A DNA stretch of 64,000 nucleotides from Azolla caroliniana (GCA_043228905.1 JBHGNT010000001.1:8866001-8930000), one strand, 5' to 3'; numbered from the stretch's first letter, positions 10,858 to 24,720 are shown. The notes: generated by a model not told the origin, from the sequence alone. Program-made: numbers and translations.

Positions 10858-13163
10858 ATGGATCGATCCAGCGGCACGTCTGCAGCTTCCCCTAAATTTA
10901 GCGGGACTCCTGTTAGCTTCATCACCGCCTCCTCTAATAATTCTGACTCCATTGTATCGTCTTCTCCAAGTTCTCTCGGATTAATTAATGACATAAACTC
11001 TGTTAATCTCGATCACCCCCAATTATTAATCCGCATTAAAGCGGACATAGAGCAAGCTGCAGCACTAAGAAACCTATATCGACATAATACAAATACTACT
11101 ACTACTACTACTACTACTACTAATATGTCTCCTATTTCTAGTGGTCTCATGAGATATCACTCTGCCCCTAGCTCCATGTTAAACATGGCAGATAACATTA
11201 ATACTAACCACAATCATCACAGTTCTTTCAATTTCCTGCAGGAGCCTCAACTCCGTTTTAACAATAATACTTATAATTACGATAACAATAACAATTGTAA
11301 CAATATAATTACATCTGCCGACAACACTAACAGTAATCCTAATACTATCGTCAATCCTGCAACAGCCAATCCATCGGGTCTCCGTCAATCTCACGAGATT
11401 ATGTCCAGCCCCGGATCCAGTCCATTCATCACGCCTTCCGCAGGTGCCACAATTGCTACAGTCAGGTCATCGATTAATGAAGCTGGCAATCTCATAAACA
11501 TTAATCCTAATTTCATCCATAACAAGAACAAAAGTAATGATAAGAAGAACATGGATCAAATTAACGACACTATGACGATAACTACAAATAGCAATGGACT
11601 CCTATTGAGGCACAGTAGCTCCCCACCAGGCTTTCTGAATATAGCTTATACTACTAGTCATAATAATAATAACAATCATAATCATAATCATAATCATACA
11701 AACAAATATTCCAGTACTCATCCAGAGTTATTATTATTGAACGACCATATGAATGGCATATCTAATTCATCAAGTAATAATAATTCTTCAGATGATCAGG
11801 AAGATTTAGACAGCTATAACAACAATGAGGAAACGACAAGAGCACTTAATGATCATCAAATCAATACGTCTGACCCTTCCATTAATGCAGTACCAGCAAA
11901 TTATAATCATTTGAATATTGGGGTTTATAATAATAATCATAATAGCAGTTGGGATGAAGCAAGTGGCCCAAATGTATTGTTGGATCAATTGACTCCTCCT
12001 CCTCCTCCTCCACCTCATAATCATGGATCATCAATATGCCTGTCTGATCATTCAAACACCCATGTTCATGGTACTAATTTATACAGAAAAAGACTCAGAT
12101 CGTCAGATCATAATTCAGATCGCAACAACAGCAATTTTAACTCAGGATCCAACATAGCTCGTCCCCCTCCTCCTCCTCCTCCTCCTCCACATAATCATCA
12201 TCATCATCACCAGCACCATCAGGCAAGTGGATTTCAATTCATTATAAATTAATTATTTTGGACTATATCTGTAGGGTATAAGGTCTAGGACCTTATAAAA
12301 TTTCCGCAGACATATGCATCACTCTAGCTTATGGCACACAGATTTCTTTGGGATGAACCAAACCAGGATAAAGAAAATTCGATGTACACCATATTTCGCC
12401 GCTGTAGATTTCTGGGAAAGATATACATGTAATAATACATAACCTTCTTTTAAAGACCTGCACACTTACGGATATGTATGTCGCCGTCATATCAGAGAGA
12501 TTGATTGATTTAATTGCTATCTTGTCCTTCCCAAATGCAATCAATAAGATTTATGCATCTGATAAAGGGACATAATACAAAAAATCTGCAGAATTACTAC
12601 ATACAGAGATAAAGGGCATATACAAAAAATAATCTGCAGCATTATTAAAACATGCAAATAATAGCGCTTTGCAGATGTGTGGCATTACAAATCACATGGA
12701 AATTTGAGGATGACCACTTGTAAGAAAGAGGTGATTTGGACATTAATTAGACATCCCTGTCCTGCCCATACAATATATTAAAACTGCCTAGTACTTTTGT
12801 TTGATTAAATAGATTAATTTCCATTCCTTACAGCTCCTTGACTCGTGAAGTGTTTTGCATTACGGACCTCTTAATGAGCTCTAACGGACATCAAATTTTT
12901 CTTCTGATGCATGGGTTCGATGTATTGGGCTCTTATTTGGATAGTGTGAAGTCCTGTGATGTAAATGTGTGTGTGTGTGTGTGTATACACACACACACAC
13001 ACACACACTCAATTCTCAGAATGTCCCTCACATCGATAACATTACAAACCCTAAATGCAATACAAGGAATGTCCCTTGCATTTTCGATGGTCGGTTCAAA
13101 TGATTAGAATTACTGCATACATACATACATACATACATACATACATAAACACATACATAAATG

Positions 13164-13199
<36 letters not shown>

Positions 13200-15206
13200 A
13201 AGGCAATTTGTTGCTGCAATGTTAGATCTGCTGGAATTATAGATATATAGTGATATAATAGTATGCAACTGTGGCTAATTCGCGCGATAAGAGCTACATA
13301 TGTGATTTTGAATACGTCAAGAGAGCGTACCCATGTTTAACAACACAATGTGGTTACAGTGTCCGACCATAATGTAGTGGATGGATATGTATTTTGGTGG
13401 ATAGCAGGAATTAGGTGGAACTTCTGGTGTGAATCGTGAAGATGATGAAGGTGCTACTAATTTGGCTAGCAATAACCAATTTTGTTATGCGGGCACTTCG
13501 GCTACGAGCCCGGAGAATAATACTATGTATTTTAATGCCGATTCGGTACTCTGCCGAGCGAGAGCAAAACGAGGTTGTGCGACTCATCCGCGGAGCATTG
13601 CCGAGAGAGTATGCCTCATCCTCCTTTAATCTCCTCTACTTATAATGCCACTCGTATTTAGCATCAAATTTTCTTGCTTCTGTTTTCTTGATCCATTTTC
13701 CTAACTGAATAATTAGTAGCATCATGAAGAATATGTTTTGTCTTGCCCATTAACTATACACATATAAATATATGCATAATGCATGTAAATGATATGCCAT
13801 CCCAATATGTTGGTCCCATTATACATAATATTTGAAGTAATATTATATATAATAAAAACATATGCTATATGTAAAGTATCATTGTGTCATGACTAACCCA
13901 AAGGACATGTATTTAGAAAAGCACTAATAACGTATACATATGCATATCAATGCCATGATGTTAATTCAATATTAAAGCTCTCATAATTTTAAAGCCATGC
14001 ATTAGTTGTTGGCATAGCTCTTACTCTAATTGGCATTAGGTTCGGAGGACGAAAATCAGCGAAAGAATGAAGAAACTGCAAGAACTTGTACCCAACATGG
14101 ATAAGGTAACATTAATATATTCTACCATCTCATTAGATCTAAGTACATACTTATAGTAAGATGACTGGACCAACAGCTCCCGACACATACATTGATGCTA
14201 CTGTACTAGTATATTAATTAGGATTGGTTTTCTCATCCGATTTGCTGAGTATTTTGATACATATCATGTTTATAGCAAACAAATACCGCGGAAATGCTAG
14301 ATGAGGCTGTCGAATATGTAAAGGATTTGCAAAGACAGGTCAAGGTATGAATGAAATTGAATCATAATATAAGCATTGGTTTGTCATTTGGTGAGTTTTC
14401 ACACCATATCCTTACAACACAATTAAATTGGGATTTGATACACTCAAATATCAGCTACCATTCCCATACATTATTATTCATCATGTGGGTCAACATTATA
14501 TTAGGAAGCATCTCCGGTTCATCCCCCCACATGGGAAAATGTGTAGGCAGAAAACTTTGTTTATATGTGTAAATGTCTCCTTTTATAGGGAAAGGAGGTA
14601 AAGCTGAGGTTATACCGAATTTAAAATATTATACACGGAACCCGCCTGGCAAGGACTCAATGCTAGCACTTTGTTGATGAATAATGGGTGAATTAAATAT
14701 AGACATTGGGACTAGGGTGAAGGATCATTATAAGGAACCCCGATGATGTTTTACTAAGTCTTGGGCATGTATTTATATCTTAGGGAACTCAGAAAATATA
14801 GAAATATATTGCTCTACCAACTAGTGCCAACAGTTTTTGAACCAATTTCAATATTTTGTTTTGGTAAATATTTTAATGTGCACTAAATAGTAATCTCTTA
14901 AAGGGATTTGTAAAAACAATTTGGTTGAATATTTTCAAACATGACATCACTGATCTTAAAACAAATACTAGCCAAAAGTTTTCTAAAACCTAGGAGAAAT
15001 AAGCATTCTCTAATGCATTGTTGCCCTAAATACCCCCTTCAATATTGGGTAGGCCTAATGTTCTATCAGCCACACATCTAAATATTATACATTTATGAAA
15101 GAATGATTTACGTATCTTGCTCTTCTTGATACAGGAATTGTCGGAGGCTCAAGGGAAATGTAGGTGCTCAGTTGACAACAACAATACAGTTGAGAAAGAG
15201 TTGTAG
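10858..15206 (+). CDS. bHLH transcription factor, FBH/AKS (bHLH80/81/122/130-like) group, ~590 aa, 5 exons
   Basis: Exons 10858-12222 (GC donor GCAAGT), 13408-13608, 14040-14105, 14276-14344 and 15135-15206 join in phase 0. They give RARAKRGCATHPRSIAER|VRRTKISERMKKLQELVPNMDK|QTNTAEMLDEAVEYVKDLQRQVK|ELSEAQGKCRCS. The N-terminal motifs LMRYHSAPSS and LLRHSSSPPG are typical of this group. The start codon and exon1/2 join are less certain than the bHLH exons. Confidence 0.9.
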
Positions 15207-16899
15207 CATGCTTTCCCATCTAATTTTTTATGGAGAATCCTCTCTTTGTGCATAGTATAGTACACCCACTAGATGTGACTCAAGGTTGAAAACCTAAATG
15301 TTGTATACTACGAGAACCACTAGAGCATTAAATTCATAGTCGATCCAATCTACACACAACAAAGCCTACAAAGTTGAATTTGCTTTTAAACTTTTGAGAG
15401 GTTGGTAGCCAAGTCAACATGTGATAATATATTGGCTCTAAGACTTGATTGATTGAAGTCACATTATCATAGCAAGAGTCTTAAGCCGAGGCATGGATCA
15501 ATTCTTAACATTCGCACACAAATTTTGTACGATCCCTTATGGAATGTTTCCCCTTAAGATTATTTATTATTGGACCTATTTGTTATATCTCATGTTATGA
15601 AATAATTAAAACAATTTTCCAAAACTTCAAAATAGACCAAGGAACTCTCTTTCTTCTTGGATTAATGTTAATGTTCAAGACCCGTGTTAATATTCTGTCA
15701 TCATCTTGAATTTCCACACTAAAGACATCTCAATTTCAACATCGAACATTATTGTCTCGAGGGATGATAAAAGGATCAAAGAATATTTGCGTGATGATCC
15801 ATAATTATGAATGATAAAAAAGTGTTGAACCTAATGCTTTCAAGTTCAACCACTCGGAGCTTTGGCATGACAAGCTTGGAAATGTGCTTGTACACATAGT
15901 CTGTACCATGAACAATTGTGAACACCATGAGAAGACTTATCTAACCTTAGCATAGCTGGATCATGGTAGAGAGACAGAATCACTTATCTATGGCATCAAT
16001 CAAAATTAAAACTGTACATATAGTTGTTAAAAATTCTCTTATACGTTTCCCTTATAAAGTTTTCTGAATATGTGTGTATGTGCTGCCCGACGTCCTTAAA
16101 GCAAATTATATTTTAATGTTCTATATCAATAAGTTTTTGGTATTATTATGATTTGACCACAATGTGGATTGCAACCAATAATCGTTGTAGAATATTTATT
16201 GCGAAGCACGGTCCCTTACAGAAGCTTCGTAATCTTGAACACATGATTATAATAAAATTGAAGCAAAGTGTGCTTCTTTCCCATGTCATGAGAACATGAC
16301 TAAAACTTCTTGTGATTGGATGTTAGCGAAAACGAATGCATTGAATCATGACCATTAAGGTCGCGTGCTGGACTTCATGTGACTTAAAACATAAAAAGAG
16401 TGCCATGATTTTTTTGGAATAGAAAGCAAAGTTTTTCAACACTTTAATAATATCAATACATTATATACCTTGGGATGTAAGGGTAAAATCTCGAGAATCC
16501 TGATCGTGTGGTGTGACTAAAACAATTGTTGGTTGAACTTTTTCTAATTTCTTCCCTTATTTTGGTTGATGTTCTTTGAAAGGGAAATAAAAGTGACACA
16601 AAGTAATGAATTGGAAAAGTTCTTTACATTAAAAATCCCTAACCATGGTTTGCGGTAGTTTCTCATTGGAGTATGTGGCTATCCAGATTATTAGTAAACC
16701 TCATGAATGACTGGATGGAATTTTTAACTAAGCCTAGTTATCTTGTAAAAAAACGGACGGATTATGAAATAATAAATTAAAAATCATTAACAAATAATTT
16801 ATAAAATATGAAATGATGAAGTCTCCACACTCACATGGAATCTTTTGTGAAGCAAACAAATTGTCAATTCTTATTTTTGGATATATATATTTGTATAGG

Positions 16900-18140
16900 T
16901 CAAGCTTACATCTTAGTTGTCGTTGAAAAATATATCTAATTCCAGAAATATCAATAGATTGGTAAAGTGCAAAAAAGAGAGGCGCCACCATTCTTTACAT
17001 AGCCCCAAACAAAAAGGCATATTATGATTACTAATGTTGTTAAGGTCTTTTCGAGAAAAATATGTTTGGGTATCCGTACCCAATGTATCCCCATAGTCCG
17101 AAAGTTCCCTACACATAACTCTAAAGCCAATTTTTGTCCACACATTGTAAGTATTCTCATTGTCCTGATTGGCCGCATGAGTTTGGAATAGTACTACCAA
17201 GCAAAATATTGTTTTCATATTGCTATGATATCTAGCAACCAATCTCAATAGCCAACCGATTAGATTGTTTTGTTGAGCTTGCCATTGCATATCTAGATGA
17301 TTGGGAAGTGGCTTGAAATAAGATTGAGACTACATTAGTAAATTTGAGGATATCCACTAAAAATGGGCTAATGTTGTAAAACAATATAAAGAATTTTGGT
17401 TTGTATATTCAAAGATGTAATACAAGATATATACATACTCCATATGTAGAGGCTTGCTCAAATGTTCTAATTGTGTTGTTAATATAATATCTTGACAGTA
17501 ATCATGAATTAAAGATGTTGTGAGGTGAACTTAGACTCTCTCTTGGCAACCTTCTTCTATCTAAAATGTTGTATAAGGTGTTTGGGTTCAACATAATATT
17601 TGTAAGTAATAAAGCACCTCAATTCACGAAGTGCTGTATATGAATGGTAGAATGGGGACATAAGCATGCCTAGCATGATGACATCCTTTTTCCTCATTTT
17701 CTCCATAGATGATACACCTACTTTATGTGTGGACATTTAGTTGTGTTTCATTTAGCTAAGTTAGTGCTACCATTAACATGTTCTAGCACATTTTATAATG
17801 TAGGGCATGGTTTATGAGGAGGCATTGACATGGTACAAGACTTGAGCTAGCCTCACCTTTAGTTCCATAAATGATTTGGTGCAAATATCTATGAGCACAA
17901 TGCGAAGTTAAAAAAAACTTATTCTAAATCACTAATTCAAACAATAGTTTACTATCAACAATTGACTAAACATAGGATTAATTATTTCAAACTTAAGGTC
18001 GGGTGGTAATATTTTCATCAAAAGGAAAGCATGAAGGTTTATAAATCCACATTGCTTATTGATTTGGAAAATAAAACTCTTAAGAGTACTTGAGGCGTGA
18101 TGCCTTTGTTGAGATGTACTCACATGGTTAGATTAGGAAA
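16900..18140 (-). mobile_element. Very old non-LTR retrotransposon remnant (possible)
   Basis: The minus strand near 17225-17290 reads ..QSNRLAIEIGC*, resembling the SHxLxIExGR C-terminal motif of some LINE RTs. The rest is unreadable and the boundaries are uncertain. Confidence 0.3.
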
Positions 18141-18143
18141 TTC

Positions 18144-18548
18144 TGTTGAGTGAGCAAGCTCAACTAGGCCGAAATCGGCTGAATAAGCTGAAAGCTGAAT
18201 CGGTTGGTAAACCGAATCAGGTGGTCGTTAGAGGCCTATATTCCTATTTTAGTAAATAGGAATATTATAGGCATAGTTAGTGTCAAGTTCAATTAATGAG
18301 CATTCAAGTACTTGTGCCAACCCACTCATCAAGGCTTATATATAAAGTGCTCTCGGAGCACATTCATTGGATTGAGCATACATAGAACATTTTGCTAATA
18401 GAAGATTATGGTTGTTTGCTCTCTCTGTCTCTCTTTGCCTTTGTCTTTGTCTTTCCCACTATGTGTTTACCTAACTGTCGTGTTGTTGAATAACCGACTG
18501 TGTACTCAGTGTCTATCGTATACGCTTCTGCACACATATTCTTTTACT
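18144..18548 (+). mobile_element. Solo LTR, related to the copia 3' LTR at 51543-51969
   Basis: Starts TGTTGAG and ends TTTTACT (CA mutated). 5-bp TSD AATTC at 18139-18143 and 18549-18553. Shares CTGAATAAGC, TAGTTAGTGTCA..TGAGCATT.AAGTAC and TATAAAGTG blocks with 51543-51969. Confidence 0.85.
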
Positions 18549-18589
18549 AATTCTCACTCCAAACAAAATATTTTATACTTTTAGGAGAG

Positions 18590-21500
18590 AATTTGGATGC
18601 CCCTTGAGTTATAACACATGCCCGAGATGGGGTCATGATAAAGAAATGGACATGAAAGTGAGCTCTAAGATACTAAAGGTTTTTCTGTCGGAGGAAAAAA
18701 GCAAAATTTTGAATGCGGAGATTCAAAGATTAAAGAAATGCTCGTTCATTTGTAAGCTACTTGGTGGTAGGCCTAATAGAGGTATGGTTCGTGACATGTT
18801 GCAAGTTGTTGAAGAGGGTGATGTATAATATGCATAATATGGGATGAAATTTCTTCCATGTTGAAGTTGCTGAGGAGGGTGATGTATTGCAAATTATTGA
18901 TATGAAATTTGTAGAGCTCAAATACATGGAAGAGATATTTTGTTGAAGTGGCATGCTAACTTTAATGCTATGGAGGAAGACAAGAAAATTGGTAATCCTC
19001 GGTTGATTTCTATGGTGTTTCCAAATCTTCCTCAGTAGTTATACCCCTTGATGTCAAAGATTGGGGATAAGATTAGGCCCATAATTTTTCCTTCAAAAGC
19101 ATTTCCCTAAGATTAGAGTGCTTGTGCAAAGCTCGTTCAAACTCCCCCCTATAATTAGGGTTCATGATGTGGAAGCGATACTGATAGATGTGAAAGTGGA
19201 ATACGAGGGCTTACCTAGCCAATGTTTTTATTGTAAAAAGGAGGGCCATATTGCTAAGGAATACCCTAGGAAGATCAACGGTAACGTGAGGGTGAGAAAG
19301 ACAAAGGGCAAGTAGCTAAGCAAGAGAATACAGGGGTGGAAGGTCATAACACCATTAATGGGGTTGAGAAGCAGACACTTGGACTCTGGTTTTGGGGTGT
19401 AAAAATCGATTGCAGCAAGAAGGAAACACAACTATGCCTCATGTAATGTTGGGAAATAGTTTTGAGGCATTGCAGGAAGAGGAGGGTCTACTACAGGATC
19501 AAAGGACAATTAATGTTGAAGAGGTGGTAGTGTGCACATCCAATGCCATGCTAAACAGTGCAAAGGTTAGTAGGGAAAATGTCATGTCATTGAGCTCCCC
19601 CACCCCTCGGTAAAAGTGGAAGTATCAGACTGAGAGCGGTGAAAGAATGTTTACGCAATGGGAAGTATCAACAAAGCTCACCCATCAATTCTGAAACCTA
19701 GAAACTGCAAGAGATAAGACAAGTAAGTATGGGGGTAGATGGTCAAGTCTCGGTCAAATTTGTTCAGTCCAAAATATTAGTAAGGGTTGCAGGTTTAGCC
19801 AACATGCTCTTAAGAGATTGACTGACTTGTGCCATGAGGAAGCCCCACGGTTGAAGGTTTATGTGGTTGTCATTAAACGTAACAAGTTGCCGAATGTATG
19901 TTTATCTTTTGATCTGACAAATCTGGAGGTTTCGGCCAACAATATGGAATGGATATCAAGGTCCTTAGTAGGTAGGGCACACAAGTACTTTAACAATCTG
20001 CCTATCACTTGGAATGAGGATAAATGGGTTGTGAGGTGGATGAATGCTAGAATGATATGTGGGAGGGTCAATGATTCATGCATTAAAAAGCATTTGCTAC
20101 TATGCATAGAAGAGAGGGTAGACTCCCTCGATGAGGTGTTGCACTTCCACGAGGAGGAATTGGAGAATGCTTTGAGGCAGGATGTGGTGTTGGGATGGGA
20201 GAGAGAGGATCAGTAAGGGAGGTTGGGCATGGACTCAGGGGGAAGGTCTATGTCCTTCATGGGAGACTCCACTCATGTTTTCATGAAATTACTCACATGG
20301 AACATACAAGGTCTAGACGGTAGCAAATGTATGTTGGAAAGGAAGAACCTCTGTCAGGAGTTCAAAGCCTTGAGTTTCAAGGGGGTCTCAATCATTTTGA
20401 TGTTGCAAGAACACCATTTGAGTGCGAACATGATCTTGAGTATTGGCAATCCTCTTGAGGGGGATTGGCATACGTTTTGGCTCCCAGCTCAGGGTGATCA
20501 CAGTAGGAAAGGGGGCGTCTGTACATCTATCAAGAATTGTCCAAATGTTGTTGTGGTGGGATAGGACACCATAGTAGAAGGACGTGCCATCTATGTAACT
20601 ATCAAATGGTACCAATGCACAATTTGTCAATGAAACGACCCATTTTTGGAGGCGATTGGCCAATGGCTTGTCGATTGTAGATGTGTGGATCCTCGCAGGG
20701 GACTTTAACATGACTCTGTACAAAGAGGACAAGGCGGGCGACATGTGAATGGTGGTGTAGGTGTCAAAGCTAGTTTCATGGGATTTGTTGATGGGTCGAA
20801 TGGGGTTGAAAGATGTTTAGGATGTATTACAAAAGCCCTGGAGTTCGCTAAGCTTTTTGAGAGTAAGTTCTAGTATGAATGGTTTTTGAATGTCTCACAT
20901 AGACAGAATATACATAAACTCGGAACTGGAAAAATTTGGAACCAAAGTTGATATCATCGTAAGTTCAGCTTACTCTCATCATATATCGGTTAAGATAACG
21001 CTAGTAAGGTAGAGGAGGCCAAAAAGGGTCTGCAATTTGAGAATCAACAGAAAACGTTTTGAGGATGAAAAGGTGAGAAGTAAGATAAGGAGTATATAGG
21101 AAAGTAATTTGGTTGGGGGTGGTGCTATTGATAAACTTCAAAGGAAGATTATTGAAACTTCAACATATTTGCAATTTAACAGAGACTAAAAATAGAATTG
21201 CGAGGTTTAAGGAAGAAGAAATGCGATTAAGGAGAACAATAACGGCTACCCAAAGATTGTTACAGAAAGATCCCACGTGCCATTGGTCTAGGGTAGGCCT
21301 TGAGGTTGCCCGAGAAACATTGCAACGCTTGATTGCGTCTAGGAATACGATGCTATTTAGGAGTTCGGCAACGTGGTGGAGCAAAAATGGGGATAAGGTG
21401 AACAAACAATTTTTCATGTATAAAAAAACTAGAACGAACTATAGCTACAAGTTGAAGTTGATTAAGGAAGATGGCCCAATGTTGAATGATGTTTCAGAGA

Positions 21501-24500
21501 TCTTGGAGGCGGTTACATCACACTATCATGAGTTACTTTCAGATAGCTACAATACACCTGAACAACTTGCTCTGATAGAATTTGTGTTGGAAGGAATGCA
21601 ACAAAGAATTTCAGATGTGGCACAACCTAATCTTTTGTGGCCTCTCTTGGAAAAAGAGGTGGTGGATGCTTTGCCGAGTATTTGTAGAACGTCTTGTTCA
21701 GGATCTGATGGATTATCAAAAAAAAGTTTGAATTTTTTTGGGATGTGATCAAGGTTGATGGGCTAAAAGAGGCATGGGATGCTGGATGCTTACTTGCACA
21801 ATTTCAAGAGGGGATTAAATTTTCTAATTCCTAAGGTACAAAGTGTAATAACTGATGCAAGACAATGGAGACCGATCACTTTGCTCAACACTATATATAA
21901 GATATTCGCCAATATACTGGCCAAGGTGGTAAAACTCTACTTGCATGATTTAATCCATGTTGGACAAACAAGGTTCATGGAAAATAGATGCATAATTGAT
22001 AATGCGTTGACATTTTGGGAGGCGATTTCCTTGGTAAAGAAAACCAATCAACACATTGTCTGTCTCATGCTGGACTTTGAGAAAACGTATGACAGAGTTC
22101 AATAGCCTTTTTTAGAAAAAGTCATGGAGAGGCTGGGATTACCCTCAAAATGGAGAGATGATGTGTTGTCCCTTTACAAAGGAAGCTCGAGTATGGTGTT
22201 AGTGATAGGGCTTCGGGGCCCATCGATTCTATTACTCAATTCTGTTAGGCAGGGTTGCCCGTTTCCCCCCTACCTTTATTTATTTATTTCTGAGCGGCAT
22301 TCTCTTTCTTTTTTAACAGAACAGATGCAGGAATAAGGGGTTTAGTTGTCCCACACACGGGCAAGGATTTGTTGGAATCTGAGTATGTAGATGACACTAT
22401 GCTCTACCTGCAAAGCAATGGCGCTAATTTACTGAAGATCGAAGGACAAATTGAGTTGTTTTGCAATGCGTTAGGGGGAAAAATTAATTGGAACAAAAGT
22501 AGAGGTTTTTGGGTAAGTCCAAACCCACGACCACTTTGGTGTCCTAATGTTGATTTTCAACGGGTCTCCAATGGAATGATTATTTAAGTATTTGGGCTTT
22601 TTGGTGGAAGTTGAGACACCAAAAAGCCAGCAGCTTGAGCTGGTGAGGGAAAAATTAGAAAAAATCTTGAACTATGGGCATCAATAAAGCTTTCCCTTGC
22701 AGGTAGGGTGGTTGTGGTCAACCATATTTTGTTGGGCACCATGTGACACTCAGTGGCATGTTGGTTGTTAGACAAAGCTTGCATTAAAAATATTAAGGCA
22801 ATGGTGAGAGGGTTCCTTTGGTCGGGCGGAGACAATGAGATGGTGTTAGCTAAAGTGGCGTGGGGTTGTTGAATCAAAGCGAAGAACCAGGGAGAACTTG
22901 GGCTAGTGGATCCGATTCACCAAAGTAAGGCTCTACTTGGTAAGCTTCTAGTGAGAAGTTTACAATTCGGACCGGAATTGTAGAAGGTGCTCCTTCGGAA
23001 TAGAGCCGACCTTTGGTGCCCAAGGAATGATGGTCCTTGGGAGGCAAATACGTGGTGGTTGTTCAGTCCAAGCCTAAAGTTGAAAGAACCGACTAGCACA
23101 GAGGATAGGGTGGTTCGTGCTATAATGAAGGCCTAGTCAAGTTTAAGAGAAGGGTTGGTCTTAATGCAACCAAAAATATTGGATGAACAACTACGACAAC
23201 CATTGTTTTGGAACCCTATGATTAGAAGCGAAGATGGTATGATGCTTGGGTAGAAAAAATATTTGCTTTAGGGGAGGATGCTAGGGCACAAGGTTAGGTT
23301 GGTAAGAGATTGGGACGTTTTCAACATGAAGAGGCGGGAGGGTCAAGCTGGTAGCAATAGGTTTACTTGATGACTAGTGATCGTGACCCAACTGATAGAT
23401 AAGGTCGTTGATGGATTAGGTAAGTTGAACGTGGAAGAGGGAGTTTGTTCAAGTTGGTTTGTAGGTGAGTCTGATGCACAACTTATCCGTGGCAAGTGCT
23501 CAACTAACGAGGAGCGTTTGTGGGGTAACTTAAGTGCATTGACAGATGATGGTAGGTGGTTGGTAGTGTGGGTAGTAGTGTTGGAGGGTAAGAGGTGGCA
23601 ATTGAACCCAGACCCTAAGACACTTGATCATGATTGTAAAATATTGCTTTTCAACAACAAGCCATTATATGATTTGGTGTGGGATCCATTGGAGGTATGG
23701 TGGCATACACCAAGAACAAACAAACTGAAAATGTTTTTTGAGTACAATGCTAAACTTGGAAGATGTATCATTGGCTCCAAATTAGTGGGTGTTGTAACGA
23801 TTCGCAATAGCTGGAAGGATAAATGCATATCAGATGACCTCTTGAAGTCATTTTGGAGGAGGCCCTGGACGTTGGATACGCTAGAAAAAATAAAGGTTTG
23901 GATGTGGCTTCTTAGCCTAAAGGCAATACATGTAGGGGAGTGGTTGAGTTCCCATGGTGGTGAGGTTGGTTGTAAGGTATGTGGACACACTTTGGAATCA
24001 ATCTCTCACTGTTTCTAGAGTTGCACAGAGGCGACTAGCATTTGGAGTAGAAGAAGCCTTGGAATTGTGGTAGCTTGCGGTGTGAATAGGAATGTTGTGT
24101 GGGGTTCCAGATAGGGTCTAACCCTAAATGGGGAAGATTGGGCGGAATAGTTAAAACCCACAGAGATATGGATTTATAGTGCATAGTGGTAGCTTGTTCC
24201 TATGTGATGGGGTGAGACCTAGCACAAATTTTGAATTTTTTGAGGAGATTTGGCTTATGGTGGGCTGCTTATCAATCTGGCACATTTGGAGCAGGCGCTG
24301 TAAGTTTGTTTTTCAGCAGCAAAAGCTCTCATACGATGAGGTGATGCTAAATATCTGGTTCGAGTTAGTGGCCTGGCTAGGTGGACGGTATGATTCAATT
24401 CAGGGGGAATCAAATGAAGCAGAAAGGGCAAGGTCTAAGTTCTTGATGAAATGGGGTAGTTCTCCCATGATGTTCAATCTTCGATGAGGCCTAAGAGGAA

Positions 24501-24720
24501 CTATCATGCGCCTAGGTGGTTGTTTCCGCTGATGGCTACCAATATTGTACATGGGATGTAAATATGTAGGTATAACTGATAAAAGAGTACATTTGGATGA
24601 GTAGAGATGGTGTAAAATGGGGTTTGTTTCAGTTTTGTTGGGGATAAGGGCCGCATGAGTTTTGTTGGGTTTGAAGTTTTTCCTTTGTGTTGTATATACT
24701 GATCCCATTGTGGATTCGAG
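18590..24720 (+). mobile_element. Near full-length decayed L1-clade LINE, family A copy 1 (ORF1 zinc knuckle, extra domain, APE endonuclease, RT, zf-RVT)
   Basis: YEGLPSQCFYCKKEGHIAKE (ORF1 CCHC); MKLLTWNIQGL..LQEHH (EN); WRPITLLNTIYK, LDFEKTYDRV, VRQGCP, YVDDT (RT); CKVCGHTLESISHCF (zf-RVT). Numerous stops and frameshifts. Confidence 0.9.

Noticed and set aside
10771-12252. Stand-alone 493-aa single-exon gene
   Set aside because: It is exon 1 of the bHLH gene, read from an upstream TTG and through the GC donor.
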